A stretch of 64,000 bases of DNA, from positions 96,001-160,000 of the forward strand of contig CAVTWJ010000001.1 in the NCBI GenBank assembly GCA_963738405.1, written 5' to 3'. Both the position numbers and the translations under genes were made by a program. This stretch comes from a candidate division FCPU426 bacterium. Lineage in GTDB: Bacteria > Oederibacteriota > Muellerivitia > Muellerivitales > Muellerivitaceae. The notes beneath the pieces were generated by a model. It did not search any database, was not told the DNA's origin, and saw only the letters and a program-made list of their open reading frames with translations. Below are positions 25,235 through 34,576 of this stretch, piece by piece. Each line of letters starts with the position of its first letter. Position 1 is the stretch's first letter.

Positions 25235-25840
25235 CTGAAACTATTTAAGAGAAAGTACGTCATCTACTTGCCAGTGACCTGGCAGGGGGTGCTGATCTAC
25301 CTCGGATGTGTAGCTTTCAGTTTCGGGTTGATTCCTCGTTTGTATTTCACGGGCCCACGCGAAAAGATGGTCCTGGCCCTGATGGGCCCCCTGCTGGCCC
25401 TCCTTCTCTGCTTGAATCTGGTCCTGGGCTTCCTGGAATGGGACAAGATCGACCTGACCGATTTGTTCGAAAAGTCTAAGGATTCCCGTCCGTTGCCCCC
25501 TCCTCCGCCCCCCAAGCCCGTGAATACCAAAGGCTATGTGAAGGTATTTATCTTCACAGTGATTTGCGTGATCCCGGGGCTGATGCCTTTAGTGGCGCAA
25601 CAAGGCGCGCCGGGTTTATCGGGGACGCTTTATGATTTGGGCCAATTCTTCAGCATGTTCACCTTTTTCGCGCTTCCATGCCTTTCGATTTACCATTTGG
25701 GACATTTCATCGCCTACCTTCGCCCCAAAAACGCCGATCAGAGCTTGGTATTGCTGTTAGGCCTCCTGGGTTGTTTTCTTTCCGTTTCGGGATTCCTGAT
25801 GACCTTGGCTTCCTGCCGGGGCCGGGCGGGATTTCCTTGA
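25235..25840 (+). CDS. Hypothetical membrane protein
   Basis: Multi-TM ORF with PVTWQG motif; AGGAG RBS 6 nt before in-frame CTG 25235 (alternative TTG 25268). Confidence 0.65.
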   Translation: MKLFKRKYVIYLPVTWQGVLIYLGCVAFSFGLIPRLYFTGPREKMVLALMGPLLALLLCLNLVLGFLEWDKIDLTDLFEKSKDSRPLPPPPPPKPVNTKGYVKVFIFTVICVIPGLMPLVAQQGAPGLSGTLYDLGQFFSMFTFFALPCLSIYHLGHFIAYLRPKNADQSLVLLLGLLGCFLSVSGFLMTLASCRGRAGFP

Positions 25841-25856
25841 TGGGTAGAATTTAGGG

Positions 25857-26186
25857 ATGCCAACCGAAAAACCTTTCCGGGACGGGGCCCTCACAACCGC
25901 TTTGCTTTTGATTCTGTTCAGCTCCTTGGGCTTTATGGGCCTCATTTATTACTCGTCAACCGAAGCAGTCCACCCGAAGGTTATGGAATATGCCCAATGG
26001 TTCCTTTTTGGGATGGGCGGTTTGAACATTCTTTTCACGTTTGGAGTTTGGTTTTGGAAGCGGTGGGGCATCTATGGCTTGGGTGCCATTGGGTTGTTTT
26101 CGTTAGTGATGGGTTTCCCCATTCCGATTTTTGAATTTGGCCTATTGCTTTATCTCGTTCGAGGCCATTGGCGGTATATGGATTAA
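25857..26186 (+). CDS. Hypothetical membrane protein
   Basis: 109 aa, hydrophobic, W.WKRWG motif. Confidence 0.7.
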   Translation: MPTEKPFRDGALTTALLLILFSSLGFMGLIYYSSTEAVHPKVMEYAQWFLFGMGGLNILFTFGVWFWKRWGIYGLGAIGLFSLVMGFPIPIFEFGLLLYLVRGHWRYMD

Positions 26187-26241
26187 ACGGAAGCGGATCA
26201 GGTAAATTGGGCCATCCTTATTTTTAGAAATTTGAATCGAA

Positions 26242-27075
26242 ATGAAATTAAACAAAACCTTCATATACAGCCTGCTTCTTCTCCTGGCGCCCATTTGCGT
26301 CTTGGCGGCCCAAGACGCCTATGACAAGGCTGTTTCGGCCTACGACGCGAAAAATTATTCCCGGGCCATCGCGGGGTTTCAGGCGGAGGCGGAAAAGGGC
26401 AACCCGGACGCCGAGTTCTCACTGGGGGTTTGCTACGACTTCGGGAATGGCGTTCCCAAGGACATGGCAAAGGCGGCCTTTTGGTACCAGAAAGCGGCCG
26501 AGGCGGGTGTGGAGGAGGCGCAGAACAACCTGGGAAGCTGTTATGAGAGCGGGGAAGGGGTCCCGAAAGATTACCACCAAGCCTACGCCTGGTATCAAAA
26601 GGCCGCAGCGCAGGGGAACCAAAAGGCGAAAGAAAATCTGGCCAACCTGGACGCCTATTTTTCCCAAAGCTCCGGGTACGGGCAATATGTCATCTACCTT
26701 TGGTGCACCCTGCCTCCATTGATTTTGCTGGGTCTGGTGATTTGGTGGAAAAAGAAAAAAAACAGTTCCCCCAAAAGCAATGAGCCGATTCCCGAACCCG
26801 TTTGGCCCTGCCCCTGTTGCGGATACGGGACTTTGAAATCCTGGGAAGACGGGGAAATCTGCGCGGTTTGCGGATGGGAGAAGCATGGGCGCGGGCGGGA
26901 AAATGATGCCTTTGAGGGGGTCAACGGGTCCTTGAGCCTCAACCAGGCCCGAACGAATTTCTTAAAGCAGGGAACCAGCGGGACCCAGGCGGGTTTTAAG
27001 GGGGCCTCCCCCGGCAACTATCTGCGGGTACGGCGATTTAAGCTGGATGAAACCGGCGAAGCGGTCGAGTTGTAA
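26242..27075 (+). CDS. SEL1-like repeat protein fused via a TM helix to a CPCC cysteine-rich domain
   Basis: Signal peptide; AEFSLGVCY..GNGVPKD..A..WYQKAAE repeats; TM; CPCCGYGTL...ICAVCGWE...N..LSLNQARTNF. Confidence 0.85.
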   Translation: MKLNKTFIYSLLLLLAPICVLAAQDAYDKAVSAYDAKNYSRAIAGFQAEAEKGNPDAEFSLGVCYDFGNGVPKDMAKAAFWYQKAAEAGVEEAQNNLGSCYESGEGVPKDYHQAYAWYQKAAAQGNQKAKENLANLDAYFSQSSGYGQYVIYLWCTLPPLILLGLVIWWKKKKNSSPKSNEPIPEPVWPCPCCGYGTLKSWEDGEICAVCGWEKHGRGRENDAFEGVNGSLSLNQARTNFLKQGTSGTQAGFKGASPGNYLRVRRFKLDETGEAVEL

Positions 27076-27109
27076 GGAGTCCGGGGCGGGACGAATACCT
27101 GGGAGTTTT

Positions 27110-28063
27110 TCAATGGGGGCAGAGGTTGATTTCCACGGTGACATGGGAAATTTCCTCGTGGATTCCCAAAGCGGCCTTTACCATCTGCGGGGTCAGCCCT
27201 TTATCGTCGGTCACCAGGCCCAGGACGCAGGAATAGTTTTCTTTCCCCACCCGCCAGACATGCAGGTCCGTGATGCGCGTGGTTTGGGACCATTCGGGAT
27301 GCTTTTCGATAACTTCCCGTATTTCAGCCACCACCGGGCGGTCCATTTCACGGTCCAAGAGAACCTTTCCGGTTTCCCGGATCAATCCCCAGGCCCATGC
27401 GGACACCACTCCCGCCCCGACGATTCCCATAACCGGGTCCAGCCAAACCCAGCCCAGGTACAGCCCGCCGGTTAGGGCCAGGACCGCCAGCACCGAAGTG
27501 GCCGCATCCACCGCCACGTGAATATAGGCGGATTTGAGGTTGAGGTCGTGGTGGGCCCCATCGCCATGCGCGTGGGAATGGTCATTCCCATGGTCGTGGC
27601 CGTGGTGGTGGGCCTTTCCCAGGATCAGCGCGCAGACGATATTGACCGTCAGCCCCACCAGGGCGATGGGGATGGCCTGGCTGAAATGGATGGATTTGGG
27701 AGCCAGGAGGTTGCCGATGGAGCCCCAAACCATCATCGCGGCGATGACCATGAGAAGCACCGCGCTGGTGTAACCGGCCAAAACCTCGATCTTCCAGGTG
27801 CCGAAGGCGTAACGGCCGTCCGCGGCGTGGCGCCGGGCCTGGGCATAGGCCAAGGCGCTCAAACCGATGGCCAGGGTATGGGAACTCATATGCCAGCCAT
27901 CGGCCAGCAGAGCCATAGAATTAAAAAGCCAGCCGGCCGTGATTTCCACCAGCATCATGGCGGCGGTGATGGCAGCCACGATCCGGGTGCTTTTCTCGGC
28001 GTGGGTGTCATGCCCCGTGAAAACGTGTTCGTGGGTCCAGGCGCTTAGGTTTTCGGTATGCAT
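27110..28063 (-). CDS. dmeF: CDF family Co(II)/Ni(II) efflux transporter
   Basis: SMALLADGWHMSSH, His-rich loop, DLNLKSAYIHV, DLHVWRVG. Confidence 0.9.
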   Translation of the reverse strand: MHTENLSAWTHEHVFTGHDTHAEKSTRIVAAITAAMMLVEITAGWLFNSMALLADGWHMSSHTLAIGLSALAYAQARRHAADGRYAFGTWKIEVLAGYTSAVLLMVIAAMMVWGSIGNLLAPKSIHFSQAIPIALVGLTVNIVCALILGKAHHHGHDHGNDHSHAHGDGAHHDLNLKSAYIHVAVDAATSVLAVLALTGGLYLGWVWLDPVMGIVGAGVVSAWAWGLIRETGKVLLDREMDRPVVAEIREVIEKHPEWSQTTRITDLHVWRVGKENYSCVLGLVTDDKGLTPQMVKAALGIHEEISHVTVEINLCPH

Positions 28064-28235
28064 CTTTCCTCCGGGTTGAGAAACTTAAAGAAATTCCGCG
28101 ATCGGGTTTGGGAACTTCCGGGATGATGGCAGAGCCTGAAAAGGAATGTCAAGGGAAGCCTTTTTGCGGGGGCTGGGGCAGGTCAAAAACGAAAATTATT
28201 TTTTGGATCGGCTGGTTTTGTATAATTTCCCACTC

Positions 28236-29612
28236 ATGAACTACGAACCTCTCTCGAAAAAAGACAAAAAATATCTCTGGCACCCTTTTACCCAGCAGCT
28301 GGAATGGGAAAGGGACCCGGAGATTCCCATCATCGTAAAGGGGAAGGGAACGTATCTTTACGACGCCAAGGGAAAGAAGTACCTCGACGGAGTTTCCTCC
28401 CTCTGGTGCAACGTCCATGGGCATCAGGTTCCTGAAATTGACCGGGCCATCCAAAAACAGCTCAAGAAAATCGCCCATTCAACCATGCTGGGGGCTTCCA
28501 ATGAACCGGCTATTCTTCTGGCTGAAAAGCTAATCAAACTGGCACCAAGTGGTTTGACCCGTGTTTTTTATTCCGACTCCGGCTCGGAAGCCAATGAGAT
28601 CGCGGCCAAGATGGCCTTTCAATATTGGCAGCAGACAACCCCTCCCAAGAAAAAGAGGAACCTCTTTTTAACCGTTCGGGAGGGTTACCACGGCGACACG
28701 GTAGGTTCCGTCAGCCTGGGCGGGATTGACCTTTTCCACGGCATCTTCGGACCGATGCTTTTTAAGACCCTCAAACTCAAAAGCCCCTTTGCCTACCCGA
28801 ACCGATTGGTTTCGAATACCAAGTGGTTGGCCGATTGCGTAAAAGAAGCTGAGGGGGTTTTTAAGAAGTTTGGAAACCGTTTGGCAGCGGTGCATATGGA
28901 ACCCCTGATCGAAGGGGCGGGCGGGATGCTGACCCACCCCTGGGGCTACCTGAAGGCCATTCGGCGCCTATGCGACCGATATAACGTTCTTCTTATATTA
29001 GATGAGGTGGCGACCGGGTTTGGGCGCACCGGCACCCTCTTTGCCTGCGAACAAGAGGGGGTCAGCCCCGATATCCTTTGCCTGGCTAAGAACCTAACCG
29101 GCGGGTACCTGCCCTTGGCGGCAACCCTGACCACCGAAAGGGTCTATAAGGCCTTTTTGGGAAGCTTTGAGTCGGGCCGGACTTTCTACCACGGCCATAC
29201 CTTTACGGGAAACCAACTGGCCTGCGCGGCGGCCTTGGCCAACCTGGAACTGATGGAGAAGAAATCGTTCCTTCAAGACATCGAAAAGAAAAGCCAACTG
29301 CTTCAGAGGCTCGTGGAACCCCTGATGGCCTTTCCCAACGTGGGCGATATCCGCTTGCGGGGAATGATGGGCGGGATTGAGCTGGTGAAAAACAAAAAAA
29401 CCGGCGAGCCCTACCCTTACGAATGGAAGATGGGTAACAAAGTTTGCGCCGAGGCGAAAAAGTGGGGCGTCTTGTTACGCCCCTTGGGCAACGTGATTGT
29501 GCTGATGCCCCCCTTAGGCATTAGTGAGAACGGACTGAGACTGTTGGTTCTTGCCGTCGTCATGGGTATTTATCGGGCCACCAAGGACGCGAATAGGAAA
29601 AACCCGCGTTAA
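28236..29612 (+). CDS. bioA: Adenosylmethionine-8-amino-7-oxononanoate transaminase
   Basis: LWHPFTQ, DGVSSLWCNVHG, YHGDT, DEVATGFGRTG, AKNLTGGYLP, HGHTFTGN. Confidence 0.93.
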   Translation: MNYEPLSKKDKKYLWHPFTQQLEWERDPEIPIIVKGKGTYLYDAKGKKYLDGVSSLWCNVHGHQVPEIDRAIQKQLKKIAHSTMLGASNEPAILLAEKLIKLAPSGLTRVFYSDSGSEANEIAAKMAFQYWQQTTPPKKKRNLFLTVREGYHGDTVGSVSLGGIDLFHGIFGPMLFKTLKLKSPFAYPNRLVSNTKWLADCVKEAEGVFKKFGNRLAAVHMEPLIEGAGGMLTHPWGYLKAIRRLCDRYNVLLILDEVATGFGRTGTLFACEQEGVSPDILCLAKNLTGGYLPLAATLTTERVYKAFLGSFESGRTFYHGHTFTGNQLACAAALANLELMEKKSFLQDIEKKSQLLQRLVEPLMAFPNVGDIRLRGMMGGIELVKNKKTGEPYPYEWKMGNKVCAEAKKWGVLLRPLGNVIVLMPPLGISENGLRLLVLAVVMGIYRATKDANRKNPR

Positions 29613-29666
29613 TTGGGGCTTCGGGCCCTAAAAATCCGCTTCTGTTGTGTTAAAGTAACCACCGCC

Positions 29667-31058
29667 ATGACCCCCAAAACAGCCACCCAAACTAAAACCG
29701 TCGCCGTGATCAGCCTCGGATGCCCCAAAAACACTGTGGACAGCGAAGTCATGCTGGGCCACCTGGTGAAGGCCCAATACGCGCTGGTGCAGGACCCTTC
29801 GGAAGCCGAGGTGGTCATTGTGAACACCTGCGGGTTCATTGAGGCCGCCAAGAAAGAATCCATTGACGCCATTTTGGAAGCGGCCAAACTGCGCAAAACT
29901 GGAAAATTAAAATCCCTGGTGGTGGGGGGCTGTTTGGCCCAGCGCTATGGGGATGAATTAAGAAAAGAACTTCCTGAAATCGACATCTTGTTCGGCTTGA
30001 ACGACGTGGAAAAGGTGGCGGAGCAGGTCAGAGGGGATGGCATGGCCCTGCACCCCTCCCAAATGCAGCTCAAGGCGCCGTTACTACCGGATTCTCTCAA
30101 CGAAGCTACTTATGTTTATGACGCTTCCTCGCCCCGGTTCCTTTCAACCCCTTCCCATTTTGCCTATGTGAAAATTTCCGAAGGCTGCGACCTGCCCTGT
30201 ACCTTTTGCATTATCCCCAAGATTCGGGGCCACTACCGAAGCCGGTCCCTGGAAGATATTGAAAGGGAAGGCCGCCAACTGGCCAACCAAGGCGTGAAAG
30301 AACTTTGCCTGGTGGCCCAGGACAGCACCTGGTATGGGTCGGACCGTTATGGAAAACCCCAAATCAGCCCGCTGTTGAAGAACCTTTCCGCCATCAAGGA
30401 ATTGGAGTGGGTAAGGCTTCATTACCTCTACCCCAGCCGGGTAACGGACGAGATGCTGGAAGTGATGGCCGACTACCCCCGCATCGCCCCCTATTTTGAC
30501 GTACCCCTTCAGCACGCCAGCGACCAGATCTTAAAAGCCATGCAGCGTATTGGCAACCGCGCATCGTTGGAAAAGCTTCTGGAGCGCATCAAGACCAAAA
30601 TCCCCAAGGCGGCTTTGCGTTCTACTTTTATTGTTGGGTTTCCGGGCGAGACGGACGAGGATTTCAACGAACTGCTTCAATTTTTAGAACTGGCCCAGTT
30701 GGATTACGCCGGTTTTTTCTCCTACTCCAAAGAAGAAGACACCCCCGCGGGGGTGATGGGGGCCCAGGTGCCTGAAAAGGTGAAAAAAGAACGCCTGGCA
30801 CAGGCCTATAAGGCCCAAGAGGCGATCGCCGAGAGGGCCCATCAAAGGTGGGTGGGTGAAAGGTTAAAGGCGGTTGTGGAAGAAATAGATTCGGAAGGTT
30901 TGGCCCACGCGCGAACCAAATACCAGGCACCCGAAGTGGATGGGGCCGTGTTGATTGAGGGATTACCTGAAGCGAAAAAGGGCCAGTGGGTGGATGTGGA
31001 GATTTCCCATGTGCTGGGGCAAGATTTGGTCGCGCACCCCTGTGAGAACAAGGCGTAA
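29667..31058 (+). CDS. rimO: Ribosomal protein S12 methylthiotransferase
   Basis: SLGCPKNTVDSE, NTCGFIEAAKKES, CDLPCTFC, APEVDG. Confidence 0.95.
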   Translation: MTPKTATQTKTVAVISLGCPKNTVDSEVMLGHLVKAQYALVQDPSEAEVVIVNTCGFIEAAKKESIDAILEAAKLRKTGKLKSLVVGGCLAQRYGDELRKELPEIDILFGLNDVEKVAEQVRGDGMALHPSQMQLKAPLLPDSLNEATYVYDASSPRFLSTPSHFAYVKISEGCDLPCTFCIIPKIRGHYRSRSLEDIEREGRQLANQGVKELCLVAQDSTWYGSDRYGKPQISPLLKNLSAIKELEWVRLHYLYPSRVTDEMLEVMADYPRIAPYFDVPLQHASDQILKAMQRIGNRASLEKLLERIKTKIPKAALRSTFIVGFPGETDEDFNELLQFLELAQLDYAGFFSYSKEEDTPAGVMGAQVPEKVKKERLAQAYKAQEAIAERAHQRWVGERLKAVVEEIDSEGLAHARTKYQAPEVDGAVLIEGLPEAKKGQWVDVEISHVLGQDLVAHPCENKA

Positions 31059-31061
31059 GTT

Positions 31062-31712
31062 ATGTGGATTCCCAAGTCCCTTTTAACCAATAACCGCTGG
31101 AACATCGCCAACCTAGTGACTTTTTCCCGCATCCTCGTGACGCCGATTTTTCTCATACTCATTTTCCGCCCCGAGCTATGGGCCAAGTGGGCGGCGGGTT
31201 TGCTGTTCGCCTGGGGAGCCCTGAGCGATTATTTCGACGGCTACCTGGCCCGCAAGTACAACTTGAAGACCGATTTCGGGACCCTGATGGACCCCCTGGC
31301 CGATAAGGTTTTGTTTCTTTCGGTGCTGTTGGCTTTCGTGCAGCTGCAATTGGTGCCGGCCTGGATGGTGGCGGTGATCGCGGCCCGTGAATTTTTAATT
31401 ACAGGTTTCCGCCAGGTGGCGGTGAGCAAGAACGTGGTCATCGCGGCCAGCCGGGCGGGAAAGCACAAGACCGTTTCTCAGATCGTGGCGATTTCGGTCA
31501 TCCTGGCCATCCTTTGCGGCCGCGCGACCGTTGAAAAATACCAGGGCAATTGGGATTTCTTTACCGCCAGGCTCGGCACGACGGGGGATTGGATTAACAC
31601 CTTTGTGGTCTACGGGCCCTATTGGCTGATGTTTTACGCCACGGCCATGTCGATCCTTTCGGGGCTGGATTATTTCTTTCGTAACCGAAAAATCCTCACG
31701 GGGGGCAAATGA
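31062..31712 (+). CDS. pgsA: CDP-diacylglycerol--glycerol-3-phosphate 3-phosphatidyltransferase
   Basis: DYFDGYLARK..FGTLMDPLADK, AREFLITG. Confidence 0.95.
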   Translation: MWIPKSLLTNNRWNIANLVTFSRILVTPIFLILIFRPELWAKWAAGLLFAWGALSDYFDGYLARKYNLKTDFGTLMDPLADKVLFLSVLLAFVQLQLVPAWMVAVIAAREFLITGFRQVAVSKNVVIAASRAGKHKTVSQIVAISVILAILCGRATVEKYQGNWDFFTARLGTTGDWINTFVVYGPYWLMFYATAMSILSGLDYFFRNRKILTGGK

Positions 31713-32167
31713 TGAAAGGCATCTCCTATTTCATTTCAACTTTTTGTTTTGTGGGATTGATCCCCGGGGCTCCGGGAACCTGGGCTTCCATCGCGGCGGT
31801 GCCTTTTGTTTATTTGCTGATGGACCGTCCCAATTTGCTTTTGGGTGTATTGGGCATCGTTTTGGCGGTCGGAGTTATCACGGCGGGAAAAACCGCAAAA
31901 GACCTTGGGCGAATCGATCCTTCCTGCGTGGTCATTGACGAGGTGCTGGGCATGGGAGTGACGCTTTTATGGGTGCCCCGCGAATGGCCCTTTGTCGTCA
32001 TGGGGTTGATTCTTTTTCGGGTTTTCGATATTTGGAAACCCTTTCCCATTCAAAGGATCGAAAAGCTTCCGGGCGGATGGGGAATCATGCTGGATGACCT
32101 GATGGCGGGGATCTACGCATGGGCATGGCTTCAAATAGGGTCTTATCTCATCCACTTGATCGCTTGA
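31709..32167 (+). CDS. pgpA: Phosphatidylglycerophosphatase A
   Basis: APGTWAS, DPSCVVIDEV.G, FRVFDIWKPFPI, GIMLDDL. Confidence 0.93.
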   Translation: MMKGISYFISTFCFVGLIPGAPGTWASIAAVPFVYLLMDRPNLLLGVLGIVLAVGVITAGKTAKDLGRIDPSCVVIDEVLGMGVTLLWVPREWPFVVMGLILFRVFDIWKPFPIQRIEKLPGGWGIMLDDLMAGIYAWAWLQIGSYLIHLIA

Positions 32168-32195
32168 GGATGGATGGGCATAGGAGCATTACGAA

Positions 32196-33449
32196 ATGAA
32201 CGTAGAAATCGTCGCCATTGGCACCGAACTCCTCCTGGGCCAAAATGTGGATACCAATTCGGCATGGCTGGCCAAGGAAATGGCCCAACTGGGCATCGAC
32301 CTCTATTCTTTCCAGGCGGTCGGGGACAACGAAAAAAGAATCGAAACCGCCCTGAAGGGGGCTTGTGAACGAAGCCAAGTCGTTTTAACCACCGGTGGCT
32401 TGGGCCCGACGGTGGATGACGTGACCCGCAAGGTCGCCGCCAAGCTGGCTTCCCGGACGCTTGTTTACCACGAAAATCTGGCTAAGGAAATTGAGGCGCG
32501 ATTTGCACGAAACAAACTGCCTTTCCCCAAGTCGAACCTAAACCAGGCCTTCATTCCACAAGGCGCCACGCTGATCCCTAACCCGGTGGGGACGGCCCCC
32601 GGTTTTATTGTGAAAGTCGGCAAGTCCCACCTGGCCTGCATGCCGGGGGTGCCTGCCGAGATGAAGGCCATGTTTGAGGCTACCGTGAAGCCCTTTTTGA
32701 AAGGCTTGAACCCCACGGGAAGCCTGATCAAGTCGCGGGTTTACCGCACGACGGGCATTTCTGAATCCCACTTGAACGAGACCATCCGCGAGATTTTCGA
32801 GAAATCCACCAACCCCACTATCGGTGTTTTGGCCCATAAGGAAGGGGTGGATGTGAGGCTGACCGCCAAGGCGGCGACCGAGGGGGAAGCGGATCACCTT
32901 TTGGAAGGGCTTGGAAAGACCCTGACCCAGCTGTTGCCGAACTATATATATGGTTTGGATCAGGATGACCTGGAAGCCATTGTGGGGCGGATGCTGACCA
33001 CCCGGGGCTTGAGCCTGAGCTTGGCCGAGTCCTGCACGGGGGGGCTGATCGCCCACCGTATTACCCGCGTTCCCGGAAGCTCCAAATACTTCAAGGCGGG
33101 ATATGTTTCCTACAGCAACGAGGCCAAGACCGATTTGTTCGGAGTGGAACCGCATCTTTTTCAAACAAAGGGGGCCGTTAGCGCCGAAGTGGCGGTAAAG
33201 ATGGCCGAGGGGGCGCTGAAGCGGTCGGGGGCTTCGATGGCCCTTTCGACCACCGGCATTGCCGGACCCGATGGGGGGACCGCCGAAAAACCGGTGGGGC
33301 TGGTTTGGATGGGCCTGGCCGACGAAGCGGGAAGCCAAGCGCTGGAATACCGTTTTTTTGGAAGCCGGGACAACGTGCAGTTTCGCGCGAGCCAAACAGC
33401 TCTGGAGCTTTTGCGGAGGCATATCCTGGGTATGACGCTCAAGGGTTGA
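32196..33449 (+). CDS. cinA: Competence/damage-inducible protein CinA (MoCF-like + NMN deamidase)
   Basis: GTELLLG..DTNS, GGLGPTVDD, AESCTGG, TGIAGPDGG. Confidence 0.95.
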   Translation: MNVEIVAIGTELLLGQNVDTNSAWLAKEMAQLGIDLYSFQAVGDNEKRIETALKGACERSQVVLTTGGLGPTVDDVTRKVAAKLASRTLVYHENLAKEIEARFARNKLPFPKSNLNQAFIPQGATLIPNPVGTAPGFIVKVGKSHLACMPGVPAEMKAMFEATVKPFLKGLNPTGSLIKSRVYRTTGISESHLNETIREIFEKSTNPTIGVLAHKEGVDVRLTAKAATEGEADHLLEGLGKTLTQLLPNYIYGLDQDDLEAIVGRMLTTRGLSLSLAESCTGGLIAHRITRVPGSSKYFKAGYVSYSNEAKTDLFGVEPHLFQTKGAVSAEVAVKMAEGALKRSGASMALSTTGIAGPDGGTAEKPVGLVWMGLADEAGSQALEYRFFGSRDNVQFRASQTALELLRRHILGMTLKG

Positions 33450-33465
33450 TTTTTCGGGGTTGGAC

Positions 33466-34026
33466 ATGAGGCTATTCACCGCCATTTCAGTGGAGGGGCC
33501 GCCCTTGGAAGGCTTGAAGGGTTTTTTGGCCTTCGCCCAAGGGTTGGATTTGCCGGTTAAGTGGACCCCGCCGGAAAATTTGCACGTGACCTTGGTGTTC
33601 CTCGGGGACACGAAAGAAGAACAACTGACGAATTTAAAGGCGGCTTTAAAGATGGCGGCCCATGATGCTGACCCTTTTAAGTTGGAAGTAGGGGGCTTGG
33701 GCGCTTTTCCGAAACCTCAAAAACCAAAGACCTTGTTCATGGGTTTGTTGGCGGGCAGGGAAAATGTTGAAAGCCTTTTTCAAAAGATGACGGGGCCCTT
33801 GGTAAACGCCGGTTTCAAGATGGAAGACCGTATGTTTCAACCCCACCTGACCCTGGGAAGGTTGAGGGAAGAGCCTCTTCCCCCCGCCGATTGGGAGCGG
33901 TTGAAAAAAGCCGCCCCCGCGACCCTTGGAACCTTTTCCGTCGCGCAACTTCATTTGATGGAAAGCCGGTTGACTCCCGGAGGATCGATTTATAAAGTCA
34001 TTGAGAGTTATCCCCTGGGCCGTTAA
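33466..34026 (+). CDS. thpR: RNA 2',3'-cyclic phosphodiesterase
   Basis: MRLF.A, HVTLVFLG, PHLTLGR. Confidence 0.92.
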   Translation: MRLFTAISVEGPPLEGLKGFLAFAQGLDLPVKWTPPENLHVTLVFLGDTKEEQLTNLKAALKMAAHDADPFKLEVGGLGAFPKPQKPKTLFMGLLAGRENVESLFQKMTGPLVNAGFKMEDRMFQPHLTLGRLREEPLPPADWERLKKAAPATLGTFSVAQLHLMESRLTPGGSIYKVIESYPLGR

Positions 34027-34049
34027 GCCCGGAAAATTTAAGGAAATCC

Positions 34050-34538
34050 ATGAGCGACCTATCCCCCGAGACCCCCGAACCCCAGCTGAGCGAAAAGGAA
34101 ATGCAGGAACAGATCGAGAGGTTCCAGGAACAGCAACGGCTCTTTCTGGAGCGGGAATTCGAGTGGCTCATCAAGTTCGTGGCCAGCTATTTCCCCGAGG
34201 ACAAATTGGCCCTGGAAGACGCCATGTCGGACGTCCATTTCATCCACCTGGTCGCGGAGGGGGGCAAACCCCTGGGTGCCCTGGTGTATCGGTTTCCGAA
34301 GGTGCTGGATAAGGCGGCCTATTTTTCCGAAATCGGGGAGGACTACCGAGGGGGATTGGAAGTGCCCGAGGTTTTATTTGTGGACTCGCAAACCACCAAG
34401 TTCGAGGCCCCGGCGAGCCTGGAGGTGGAAGGAAACCTTTTGGAGATTCCCCGCGAGAAATTGACCGGAAAAATCAGGGAACTGCGTGAAGAGTTGAAAC
34501 GGCGTGGACGTTTGCGGCAGTTGAGGGAGAGCCTGTAA
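34050..34538 (+). CDS. Hypothetical protein
   Basis: 162-aa acidic ORF with AAGGA RBS. Confidence 0.7.
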   Translation: MSDLSPETPEPQLSEKEMQEQIERFQEQQRLFLEREFEWLIKFVASYFPEDKLALEDAMSDVHFIHLVAEGGKPLGALVYRFPKVLDKAAYFSEIGEDYRGGLEVPEVLFVDSQTTKFEAPASLEVEGNLLEIPREKLTGKIRELREELKRRGRLRQLRESL

Positions 34539-34576
34539 AGCTTTTCGCTGGTCAAAATCCGGATAAAATGGATCGA

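Noticed and set aside
6290..27075. Integron cassette array (many short unrelated genes, three TA pairs)
   Set aside because: No integrase and no RYYYAAC...GTTRRRY attC structures found after the genes; orientations are mixed and many genes have their own promoters
28064..28200. NiCo riboswitch upstream of dmeF
   Set aside because: No recognisable conserved segments; only a TTGACA promoter-like sequence on the minus strand
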